Below, in pieces: positions 21,633 through 31,301 of a DNA stretch of 32,268 bases. Numbering within the stretch: position 1 is the stretch's first letter; each line of letters starts with the position of its first letter. The notes beneath the pieces were generated by a model. It was not told the DNA's origin and did no database searches. It was given only the letters and a program-made list of their open reading frames with translations. The DNA is from Cyanophora paradoxa CCMP329 (lineage: Eukaryota > Plantae > Glaucophyta): assembly GCA_004431415.1 (NCBI GenBank), contig QPMI01000006.1, positions 1-32,268 on the forward strand, in the 5' to 3' direction. The position numbers and the translations under genes were made by a program.

Positions 21633-21660
21633 AATAATCTCTGCTTCTTATAAATATACA

Positions 21661-22395
21661 ATGCCTTCGAAACGCAAAGTTGGTGTTCCTGCTGGTGCTA
21701 TGTCATATTCTGCATCCTCTGGAACCGGTTCTATTAACACAGATCCCATGAAATTCAATGGTGTCAATGAAGTGAAAGCATCACAGCAACAGGAAGATCC
21801 CCTCAATGCTGCTTACGAAGAATCTCCCGATGATAAAGCGCCTCAAACATCCACCAGTGATCAATTGAATATTTCGCCCGAAGCCACAAAGATGAAGGCA
21901 GTTGGTGAAGGTGCTCGTCGAATTATTGGTGCTGCTGATGATAAAGGACTTGGTCTGCAAGATCTCTCACTTGCCCGCAAAGGTGAAGGTGTCTCCAAAG
22001 AATCCGACAAGGTTATTCAATCCATGGCTGGTGAGGTCACCTACAAGGTCGCACCTACACAGAATATTCACCGAATTCCCAAAGCCCAATGGGACGAAAT
22101 GACTGCGAAACTTAAAGATCTGGAAGCGAAATCGAGTGCTCTTGAACAGTATGTCTCTGAGAAGAAAGAGAGAGCGAAATTGAAGGAGATGCTGCGAAAG
22201 GAGGTGTATAGAATGGGAATTACTGGTCTCCCGGATAAGCAATTCATTGGTAAGAAAGAGACTCAAATTGATGAGCAGGCAGTTGATGAGATGAAGACCA
22301 AAACCCAGAAGGGCACCATCGAACCTGGTGCTACCAAGGCAGAGGTCGACAAAGGTGTTGCCCCAACAGTATATAAACGACGAGTTTGGCTTTAA
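21661..22395 (+). CDS. Hypothetical hydrophilic coiled-coil protein
   Basis: 244-aa ORF with TATAAATA upstream; heptad-like MTAKLKDLEAKSSALEQYV; basic ends. Confidence 0.7.
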   Translation: MPSKRKVGVPAGAMSYSASSGTGSINTDPMKFNGVNEVKASQQQEDPLNAAYEESPDDKAPQTSTSDQLNISPEATKMKAVGEGARRIIGAADDKGLGLQDLSLARKGEGVSKESDKVIQSMAGEVTYKVAPTQNIHRIPKAQWDEMTAKLKDLEAKSSALEQYVSEKKERAKLKEMLRKEVYRMGITGLPDKQFIGKKETQIDEQAVDEMKTKTQKGTIEPGATKAEVDKGVAPTVYKRRVWL

Positions 22396-22422
22396 TTATC
22401 TCGCTTTAAGAGAGAGAATATC

Positions 22423-22656
22423 ATGGATTTTCTGCGCAAAATCATTGAGATGTTTAATCTCCACATTGTGAGCAATTGTCACAGTGGTTGCTGTGACACC
22501 AAAGTCGAAATCGAGTTCTCAGACACTGAAAGCCATGGATCTGGTGGAAGGAGATTATCCACAGACTCGGTGGATTTCGAGGAGCATATTAAAACAGAGA
22601 CTGTGAGGCGCAGGTCTGTATCTTTCACAGATCCGAAATTAAATCTCGGTAATTAA
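22423..22656 (+). CDS. Small hypothetical protein with SNCHSGCC cysteine cluster
   Basis: 77-aa ORF filling the gap in a co-oriented gene run; amphipathic N-terminus. Confidence 0.6.
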   Translation: MDFLRKIIEMFNLHIVSNCHSGCCDTKVEIEFSDTESHGSGGRRLSTDSVDFEEHIKTETVRRRSVSFTDPKLNLGN

Positions 22657-22662
22657 TATCGA

Positions 22663-22776
22663 ATGCTCAGTCTCTCTGAGATCTATGCTATCCTTGAAAG
22701 GAAATCCGCTGAATATGCAACAGAAGACGCAATAAAAAAGCGTAGACAGGAACTGGTCTCGATCTGCAAAAAATGA
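22663..22776 (+). CDS. Possible 37-aa microprotein (absent from the ORF track)
   Basis: MLSLSEIYAILERKSAEYATEDAIKKRRQELVSICKK*; starts 6 nt after the previous stop. Confidence 0.35.
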   Translation: MLSLSEIYAILERKSAEYATEDAIKKRRQELVSICKK

Positions 22777-22857
22777 CAAGGGATTTAAGGGTAAGGTGTG
22801 TTTGATTGGTGAACCCGGACAAATTATTTTCTCGTCCAAATATAAGGAACATATCAA

Positions 22858-23085
22858 ATGGAAACTGAATCTGTGGTCGAATTCGAACTTGCAATGAGCG
22901 AAATGGATCCCAATGAGAGGAAAAGGTTGTATGACCGCTTGTATTTCCAGAAACGCTATCAAGATGAGGAATTTCGTGAATTATATCGTAAAAAGGCACT
23001 GGAACGATATTATCGCAGGAAAGCTGCTGAGATGGATCCCAATAATCCAGTAAAACGCCCAGTAGGTCGTCCCAGGAAATACTGA
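22858..23085 (+). CDS. Small basic DNA-binding protein with AT-hook
   Basis: C-terminal KRPVGRPRK AT-hook; R/K/Y-rich helix. Confidence 0.75.
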   Translation: METESVVEFELAMSEMDPNERKRLYDRLYFQKRYQDEEFRELYRKKALERYYRRKAAEMDPNNPVKRPVGRPRKY

Positions 23086-23211
23086 ACCGCCCCAAAGTCC
23101 CAGATATCCGCTGAATCCTTTTTGTTACCATGATCAATCGACTTTTCGATGGATCATTACCATATATCGAGCGCCAATCGGAAAACCCAAAGGTATTTAA
23201 AGGTTAGCCGC

Positions 23212-23228
23212 CAAAAAATGACAAGCGA
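23212..23228 (+). promoter_or_regulatory. Putative early-gene upstream motif CAAAAAWTGACnnnnGA (also at 17096, 22767, 25936)
   Basis: Exact 13-mer CAAAAAATGACAA three times plus one variant, each 40-95 nt upstream of a non-structural ORF. Confidence 0.6.
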
Positions 23229-23278
23229 CCGGAGAAATTAATTTCTCCATTAAGTATAAGAAGCCCCCGATTTTCGAA

Positions 23279-25642
23279 ATGAACGCTGCCGCCAAGAAAT
23301 CCCTGAAACGCCTTGTTGATTGGCTTCGTGAAGACGATGTCCTGTCTGAGAATCTCGTAATTCCTGTTGATCCTGATACCAAAAGACCGCTTTTCGCTCA
23401 TAAAGACGGAACCTGGACTTGGGATAAATTCGATGAAGCCCTGAAATCCGGTAAATATACTGCTTGGGGCATTCTCGCTCGTAATATCCTGGTAATCGAC
23501 TTCGACCAAGAGGAGGATTTCGCCAAATTCGAGGAGCAATTCCCTGATGATTTCGGTGGTGTCAATCCTCTTGCTAAAACCAAAAAAGGATATCATGCAT
23601 TCTTTGCCCGACCTGTTGAGTTTGATTCTTGTAAGATCTGGGATAAAGCAGGTGCATTCAAAGGAAACCCCAAGATCGACTGCAAAACGATTGCATCCAC
23701 TGGGACTGCTGGGGTAATTAATATTTGTCCCAGTCCCAACAAAACATGGATCAGAGAGCCATGGGCATCTGAGTGTGAGTTAAATGAACCTACTGCTGAG
23801 TTGCAAAAGTGGATTGTTGACAACTACGAATTCCCCAAAGGTGCACATTCTTATTTTGAGAGGTGCGCTGAGGAGAATTTGCAGAAACATATTCTTTCTA
23901 AACTGGAAGAATTCGGTTTCATCTTGCCCACAATCATCAATGAGACCAAGATGGGATACAATTTCACTGCTGAGAACAAAGGTCTGATCTGTCCCTGCTG
24001 CAAGGGAAGCCATGACTCGAACAATTGGTATATTGTTCAAGGGAAGGAGAAGGACAAATATATTGTTTCGAGTTACAGTGCAAACTGCAAAAAGCGAAGC
24101 ATCACAGTTCGTGTGAAGGAAGAGACAGATGTGAAGATCGAAAATCTGATTGATCGGTCTGCTGGATCTGATGGTGCCCATTATGATGTTGCACAGGTTG
24201 CCTATCTTGTTCTGCAAGACAAATACAAGTATTCCAACAAGACCTGGTTCAAGTTCAATGATGTATGTGGGATTTGGGAGATGGATGAAACTGGGAAGCG
24301 AATCTTTCTCTGTTTGAGCTGCAAGGTCTGTCCAGTTTATCTTCAACGTTCTGTTCAACTCGCACAGAGAGCACTTCGTGATGAAGAGAACCGCAATTCC
24401 TTGGAGGAAAGGTCAAAGATTCTGCTGGGAATTGCTAAGAGCCTCAAACAGACTACATACAGAACTGCACTTATGTCTGATCTTTCAGTTCTGTTCAGTG
24501 ACAAGACCTTTTTCGAGAGACTTGATACTGTTCCCAACATCATTGGATTTACAAATGGTGTGTTTGACCTGAACTCCATGACTTTTCGACAGGGACTCCC
24601 AGATGATATGGTGAGTAAGACTGTTGGCTACGATTACACCACAGAAATTGACCAAGAGAAAGTTGCGAAGATTAAATCCATCTATGCAGATATTATCGAA
24701 TCTGATGAAAACCGCGAATTTATGATGGGATTAATTGCCTATGCCCTGAGTGGTTTGACAGAAAATCAGAGATACACTTGCTGGACTGGAATTGGAGCAA
24801 ATGGGAAATCACTGCTCCAAGAGTTGGTGAAAGACACATTTGGTGAGTATTATGGGTCACTGGACATGACATATTGGACTAAACCCAAGAAGAGTTCGTC
24901 AGAGGCTTCCCCAGAACTCGCTTGCATTCTTGGTAAACGAATTGTTTTCAGTAATGAAGCAGAAGATGGTGATATGCTTCAACTGAACAAAATCAAACAG
25001 GTTACTGGTGGGAATGAGATGAAGGTTCGAGCTCTTTTCAAAGATCTTGTTACATTCATTCCCATGTTCCAGTTGTTCTTGTCCACAAATGACAACTTGG
25101 GAATCAGTAAACCAGATGCAGCAATTCAAAGGCGAATTATCTACTACCGATTCGAAAATGTCTTCAAGGTCGATCCTCAGCCTGGTGAGAAGAAAGCAGA
25201 CACCACTCTCATGCGCCTAATGAAGAATGATGACGATTATAAAATGGCGCATATGTCCATTCTCCTGGAAATGTGGAGAACCCATTCTCTCAATGAATTC
25301 GTCACCAAACCACCCCAGTCCATTGTTGATCAAGGTGTTGAATATTTCAATGAGAATGACAAGATTGGAGAATGGATTCGTGAGAGTTATGAACTCACCA
25401 AGAGTCAAGGGGATTTCGCCACAAGTGAGTCCATTATCAGTCACTTTAAGATAGATCACATGGGCAAATCTGATGAGAAAATCACAGAATGCACTATCTT
25501 GAAGAGACTTCGCGAAGTCTTTAATGTGAAGGCTGAGAGAAAGCGAGTCAATGGTGTTCTTGCTCGTGGCTACTTTGGGATCAAAAAGAAGCATAGTCGC
25601 AAGTTGGTGGATGACAGTGATGTTGAAGGTGGGGATGAGTAA
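23279..25642 (+). CDS. PrimPol (AEP) primase fused to D5/P4-type superfamily 3 helicase
   Basis: AEP motifs LVIDFD and TKKGYHAFF; Cys/His cluster CPCCKGSHDSN; D5_N-like IGFTNGVFDL; Walker A GIGANGKS, Walker B IVFSNE, motif C LSTN, AIQRRI. Confidence 0.95.
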   Translation: MNAAAKKSLKRLVDWLREDDVLSENLVIPVDPDTKRPLFAHKDGTWTWDKFDEALKSGKYTAWGILARNILVIDFDQEEDFAKFEEQFPDDFGGVNPLAKTKKGYHAFFARPVEFDSCKIWDKAGAFKGNPKIDCKTIASTGTAGVINICPSPNKTWIREPWASECELNEPTAELQKWIVDNYEFPKGAHSYFERCAEENLQKHILSKLEEFGFILPTIINETKMGYNFTAENKGLICPCCKGSHDSNNWYIVQGKEKDKYIVSSYSANCKKRSITVRVKEETDVKIENLIDRSAGSDGAHYDVAQVAYLVLQDKYKYSNKTWFKFNDVCGIWEMDETGKRIFLCLSCKVCPVYLQRSVQLAQRALRDEENRNSLEERSKILLGIAKSLKQTTYRTALMSDLSVLFSDKTFFERLDTVPNIIGFTNGVFDLNSMTFRQGLPDDMVSKTVGYDYTTEIDQEKVAKIKSIYADIIESDENREFMMGLIAYALSGLTENQRYTCWTGIGANGKSLLQELVKDTFGEYYGSLDMTYWTKPKKSSSEASPELACILGKRIVFSNEAEDGDMLQLNKIKQVTGGNEMKVRALFKDLVTFIPMFQLFLSTNDNLGISKPDAAIQRRIIYYRFENVFKVDPQPGEKKADTTLMRLMKNDDDYKMAHMSILLEMWRTHSLNEFVTKPPQSIVDQGVEYFNENDKIGEWIRESYELTKSQGDFATSESIISHFKIDHMGKSDEKITECTILKRLREVFNVKAERKRVNGVLARGYFGIKKKHSRKLVDDSDVEGGDE

Positions 25643-25710
25643 ACAAAACAGAATCGATTCTAATACTGATTTAATTTCTTATTTTTTAAAAACTTACTGT
25701 AAATGGTTTG

Positions 25711-25843
25711 TGTGACAGCTGTGACACCTTTTTAATTGAGTGTGACGCCTGTGACGCCTGTGACGCCTGCTTTCAAACTTTTTAAAATTTCAAAAATCTA
25801 CAAACCTCTGAAAACAGGTGTCACAGGCGTCACAGGCGTCACA
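25711..25843. repeat. Inverted 9-mer module, copy 3 (reverse orientation, just downstream of the primase-helicase)
   Basis: Extras at 25711 and 25720; TGTGACGCC x3 (25741-25767); 49-bp spacer; inverted 9-mer x3 (25817-25843). Confidence 0.9.
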
Positions 25844-25993
25844 CCCAATTAACCACAGACGCCCCTGTGGGTCGATCACTTTCGCGAATAATAATTGGAC
25901 AATATAAAAACGTATCGAAAATCGTTGTGTTGTGACAAAAATTGACTGGCGATTTAAGGGATGGTTGCGTATTTCACTTGACTAAGACAGAAA

Positions 25994-26185
25994 ATGGATT
26001 ATTTTGATGAAATTCGGCAGCAGCTTGTCGAAAAGAATGATATTGCAGAGGTGGCGGATTATATTGCAAAGATCAGAGCAGGTTATGGTAGAACCTATCA
26101 AAAGAAGCGTGTTTATGCAAGCAGACTCGACACAGTTAATGTATATGTCCCCAAAGGCACGAATGTGCGAATCATTAGAACCTGA
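25994..26185 (+). CDS. Small hypothetical protein
   Basis: 63-aa ORF preceded by AAAATTGA (25938-25945) and ATTTAAGGG. Confidence 0.55.
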   Translation: MDYFDEIRQQLVEKNDIAEVADYIAKIRAGYGRTYQKKRVYASRLDTVNVYVPKGTNVRIIRT

Positions 26186-26241
26186 AAAATGGGAAATGCG
26201 TTTAAAACGCCCCAAAATAATATGTTCCCTTAAAGTAAAAG

Positions 26242-29200
26242 ATGCCCCGCCAATCAAATAGAATCATCAAAGAAAAGAAAAACGAAATACTCGGTCTTTT
26301 AGGAACCCTTTTAGTTACTGGTGATATTACAGAATTCGAATATGATCGCCAGGCAGCAATCCTGGATAGGAGACCAAGATTATCTCAACTCACAGAAATT
26401 ACAAATCGACTGTATGATCGTTTTGAGAAAATGGAGGAATTCAGGGATGAAGGTTTAAGGTTGGGAGCGATTGCACCAGAGATTGAAGATGGGGAAGCAA
26501 TGAACAAAGCATATTCTTGGTTGACCTATCGAGCAAGAGGGAGGTTATCCAAGATGGGATTGAATTCTTGGAGAGAATTGCAACTACTCTACCACAGAGA
26601 CTCAGACAGAAACTCCAAGACCTGAGAGCAATTAAAACTCGGTTGACCTTCATTTGTAAATTCACCAAAGTGAGTGATCCAAGGGTGTGGATCACCAAAT
26701 TCATTTACAGTGATTACTTTGTCATCACAAGATCACGAAATATTGATGTTGAACTGCGAAATGCCCTTCAATCTATGCAGGAACAGATGATGCAGGTTGA
26801 CAGTTACAGACTGGATCGCATTGAGATGCTGAGAGTGGTAATAATGTCTTATGCTCCTGTGGGTGGTTGCTTCTTCTCAACACCTGAGTGGATTGGATCA
26901 AAGAGAGCAACTGTGAATGTTAAGAATATTGATGGTCAAGACTGCTTCAAGTATGCAATCTTGGCTTACCTGCACCGAAATGATATTAATAAACACAAGA
27001 GCAATGAACCCAGCCAGTATAGAAGATGGTTAAACGAACTCAATTTCGAAGGCATCCAGTTTCCAGTTGCCTGTGATGCAGAGGTTATTGATCGATTTGA
27101 GGAGCAGAACCCTGAACTCTCAATCAACATTTATGGTGCAGATAATCAAGCACAGTGTTTCTATCCTCTCCATCAATCCAGCAACCCCAGGAGAAAGACC
27201 AAGATTAACCTTTTATTAATCGAAAACGAAGAGGATGATAGAGGGCATTATATCACCATCATGTCTCTGAGTAGACTTCTGAAAACCACCTTTGATAAAG
27301 CCCATGATGGTCGCATTTATTACTGTGAGACCTGTCTGTCTCGTTTCAGAACTCAGGAGAAGCTGGATGTACATATAGAAGCGAATCGCTGCATTGATTG
27401 GAGGGAGAGCAAAGGTAAATGCCCGAAATCTGGAAGTCACATTGAATTTGGTCTGCAACACCTTCGCAAAACTGTGTGGCTTCCCGCTATCTGCTATGTG
27501 AAAATGGATAGTCACTCGGTTCCAATTGATGAGAACCGCAGTAAAAGAGAGGTCAAATCGGTTTCTCTAACAGTTGTGATGGGGGATGAGGTGATCTCTC
27601 ATAATCTCGAAGGATCAGATCCACTTGGTGCTCTGTTTACCACTCTCACAGAGATCAGACCCCAAGTAATCCGCACTCTATTCACCAATATTCCAATGCA
27701 CCCACTCACAGAAGAGCAGAAAGCACAATACAAGATCACTAAACACTGTTATATCTGTGCAGAACGATTTACCCATGAGAACTTCCCAGTGAGAGACCAT
27801 TGTCATCAATCAGGAGCTTTTATTGGAAAAGCATGCCGAAACTGCAACCTCCACAGGAGAATCTCCAAACAAACCAAGGTAGCAATTGTGGTGGATCACA
27901 TGGATGAATGTGGACACGAAATATTCCGCAAAATTGCACAGCAAGATGATAAACTTCGCGTTGAGATCCTGAGCAAGAATTTCGATCAATACCTGTCCCT
28001 GCAATGGGGCATGTGGAAATTCATAGATGCTTCGCACTTCATGGACTTCCAGGCAGTGGATTCTGGTGATCTTATGAGTAAATTCCAGAAATTCCGAGAA
28101 TTGGCGTTTTCCCAATATGGATTAGATCCTGCCCATTATGTGAGCGCTCCTGGATTATCCTGGGATGCAATGCTAATTTACACCAGAGCAAAGATTGAAC
28201 AGATAAGTGATGTTGGGCAATACGAATTTATTGAGAGGGCAATTCGAGGTGGGTTTGCTACAATGCCTACTCGATATGCAAAGGTGGAAAACCCAGATGA
28301 CCATATAGTTCTCTTGGATGCAAATAATCTGTATGGTTACGCTCTCAGTCGAGAACTGCCCATTGGAGATTTTCGTTGGGAAGATGTCACAGAGGCACTT
28401 AAAGAGACCTCTGGACGAAGTGCCTTTATTGAAGTAGACCTGGAATACCCACAAACTCTCACAGATCATTACGATTTTCCACTTGTAGTGAATAAAGAGC
28501 AAATCACTACCGAAATGCTGGGTGAGTATCAACAAAAACTACTGGATATCACAGGTGAGAAGATAAGCAAAGACCCCAAACTCACTGCAACATTCTCACC
28601 CAAAAGCAACTATGTGATCTCCCAACCTCTCTTGATCTATCTTGTGAGCAAAGGTATTATAATTAAGAAGGTTCACAGGGTTCTCTCATTTGCAACCTCT
28701 GCATTCATGAAGAGTTATATTGATCTAAATACGAAACTGAGGCGCCAATCTATGTCCAGATTCGAGAGTGACTTCTTTAAATTAATGAACAATGCAATCT
28801 ATGGTAAATGCCTCGAATCATGCAGGGGTCGCTCTGTGGTAAAGATTGCTAACAGTGAGAAACTCTGCAAGAAATATGCTGCAAGTCCATTGATCAAGGC
28901 AACCAATGTATTAAACGAAAATGCTGTTGCCTTTGAGATGTACTCAAAGCATGTTCACTTACATAAACCTGTTGCAATTGGGGCTTTTGTGCTGGATTTC
29001 GCGAAACTCCATAACAGCAGGTTCTTTTATGATGTGGTGAGGAGAACTTGGGAAACAGCTGAGCTACTATTCCATGATACAGATTCTTTCTGTCTAATGC
29101 TTCATACCAATGATCTTAATAATGAGATGAAGCGAATTTCGGAACACCTGGATTGCAGTAATTATGATCCCTCCCACCCTCTCTTTGATAGGAGCAATCG

Positions 29201-29522
29201 CTTGATTCCAGGTAAATATAAAAACGAGTTTCCCAATGCAAAGATTGTTGAGTATGTAGGTCTGAGATCGAAACTCTATGCTTTCAGAACTGAGACCTTT
29301 GATAAAATAAAAATGTCTGGAACCTTCTCAAAAGAGGTTCACTTTGATGATTTCAAGAGATGCCTGTTTGAAGGCATCACCAAAACAGTAGCAGTAGTAA
29401 ACAAGCGAAGACAAGACCACAACCTATATGATTTGGAGAGCAGAAGGGTGGCTCTAAACCAACTCGATAGCAAAAGGAAGATATTAGACGATGGAATTCA
29501 CAGCATTCCATTTGGGCTCTAA
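26242..29522 (+). CDS. polB: Protein-primed family B DNA polymerase (Polinton type), with an apparent 1-nt frameshift near 26516
   Basis: Polymerase motifs LDANNLYG, KLMNNAIYGK, HDTDS, GLRSKLY; N-terminal NVKN..DCFKYAI...GHY region; Zn finger; endonuclease-VII-like insert CYIC..RDHCH..CRNCNL. ORF 26242-26625 most likely supplies the true N-terminus. Confidence 0.93.
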
Positions 29523-29705
29523 TCTACTTCATTAATCTTTCTTTTTCTTTGGTTTCGCTCTCCAAGAAGTAATAAACCGCGAATTAAATGCAGCAGCCAA
29601 ATACATCTTAATCCAGGGTCATTGGGCTCGATTGCAAAATAGTTTGGAATTGTGTTCTCTTTCCACACAGACTCTTGCATTTATTATATGAGAGATAAGG
29701 TAAAG

Positions 29706-31106
29706 ATGCCTTCCACACAAATAGGATTGAGACAACCACCAAGAATTGTGAGAAAAGAGGCAATTGAAGATCGAGGGAATATCCTACCTATCACAGTTCC
29801 AGTGGAAGAGAAAAGCAGTCGAATATTGAAAAGATCAGAGATGGTCAAGCAATTAATCCCAGAGACCCTCCCAGCTGAGACAGCACCAAAAGAGTCGAAG
29901 ATTGCTAAGAAGTTCTATGATCCCAGGACAGGCTACAAGGGATTCACAGCAATGAGACAGGAACTACCAGAAGAGAACTACAAGAAGATGAGAGAATGGT
30001 ATGATAAACAGGAGGTTGTCCAAATTAATGCACCCACTCTATCTCGAAAGAGAGATCCCATGATTCCAATTAGGCAACCCCTTGATACATATGTGATTGA
30101 TCTGCTCTTCTTTCCTGCATACAAAAAGCAGAATGATGGTTATGATACATTTATGAGTGCAATGGAATCAACCCTAAGAACTGGGTTCATAATTCCAATG
30201 AGAGACAAGAGTGCTCTAACTACACTTGCAGCATTCAAGCAACTTGAACAAAGAGTCCCCAGACCAATTGTTCGCATTCAGAGTGATAGTGGAAGCGAAT
30301 TTACCAATGTATTATTCACAGATTATTTGGGAACCAAATTCATTGAGCATCAACTAAGTGATGTTGCAGATCACAGAACCCAAGGTCGGATTGAAGCCTT
30401 TAACAGACAGATCAAGAGATTAATCACAAATTACTGCATTGCAAATAATACTGCACGATTTTTTGATGTGTTGGGTGATATTGAGTATAATTATAATAAT
30501 ACCATTCACTCTGCAACCAAGAGGAAACCAGCAGAGACCACAGAAGCCCACTACAAAGAGATTGTGAATATGGAGGATCAGAGATTCAAGAAATCAATTG
30601 AGTATCTTGATGCTCTGAAACCTGGTATGTTTGTGAGAGTGAAAGTTGAAAAGAATCCATTTGCAAAGCAGGGTGTTAATTGGTCTCGAATTGTTTATAG
30701 TGTGGAGGGCAGAGAGGGCTTCAAGTTCAGAATCAGAAGTCCAAGTGGTGAGATAGTTGATGGTAGATTCGCTTTTCATGAACTGCTGCCCATTAAAGGT
30801 GTTGAGTATCATGAAACTCCCACAGTGGATGCCCTTGAACAGGCAAAAGAAGAAGCCAGGGTTGATTCAGCAATCAGAAAGGAGGGCATAGAAAAAGCAA
30901 GTGAAGTACCAAAAGAGCCCCTCACAGAAGCAAGAGCACAAAAGAAGGGTAGAGTAGAGAAAGAATTAAAGAAGTTGACCATAGCAGGAACCCAGAAATT
31001 ATCAGAAGTTAACAGTCAGAGATGGTATAATGACTTTTCAACCACCAAGGAAACATATACTGCACCCCAAACTCGATTTAATTTACGAAGTGGTCAAAGG
31101 AAATAG
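29706..31106 (+). CDS. Retroviral-type (rve) DDE integrase
   Basis: YVIDLL, IQSDSGSEF, GRIEAFNRQIK, YNNTIHSAT; catalytic D-D-E present; no chromodomain recognised. Start could also be 29688. Confidence 0.93.
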   Translation: MPSTQIGLRQPPRIVRKEAIEDRGNILPITVPVEEKSSRILKRSEMVKQLIPETLPAETAPKESKIAKKFYDPRTGYKGFTAMRQELPEENYKKMREWYDKQEVVQINAPTLSRKRDPMIPIRQPLDTYVIDLLFFPAYKKQNDGYDTFMSAMESTLRTGFIIPMRDKSALTTLAAFKQLEQRVPRPIVRIQSDSGSEFTNVLFTDYLGTKFIEHQLSDVADHRTQGRIEAFNRQIKRLITNYCIANNTARFFDVLGDIEYNYNNTIHSATKRKPAETTEAHYKEIVNMEDQRFKKSIEYLDALKPGMFVRVKVEKNPFAKQGVNWSRIVYSVEGREGFKFRIRSPSGEIVDGRFAFHELLPIKGVEYHETPTVDALEQAKEEARVDSAIRKEGIEKASEVPKEPLTEARAQKKGRVEKELKKLTIAGTQKLSEVNSQRWYNDFSTTKETYTAPQTRFNLRSGQRK

Positions 31107-31301
31107 ATCAGCAGTGTAGGTATCAAGTATATATACGTATATATATCATACATATATTTCGAAAAAACGACTTGTCGGCTACTTTCTACTGCAAAGAACA
31201 TGCAGTAAAATAATGCAAAAATACAGTAGCTACTGTAAAAATCGCCATAATGTGGCGAAGATACAGTAGCCACTGGATCATATGTCAGGAATTCTGAAAT
31301 A

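Noticed and set aside
26500-26530. Programmed -1 ribosomal frameshift in polB
   Set aside because: No X XXY YYZ slippery site in the overlap near the inferred switch; a single-base deletion is simpler.
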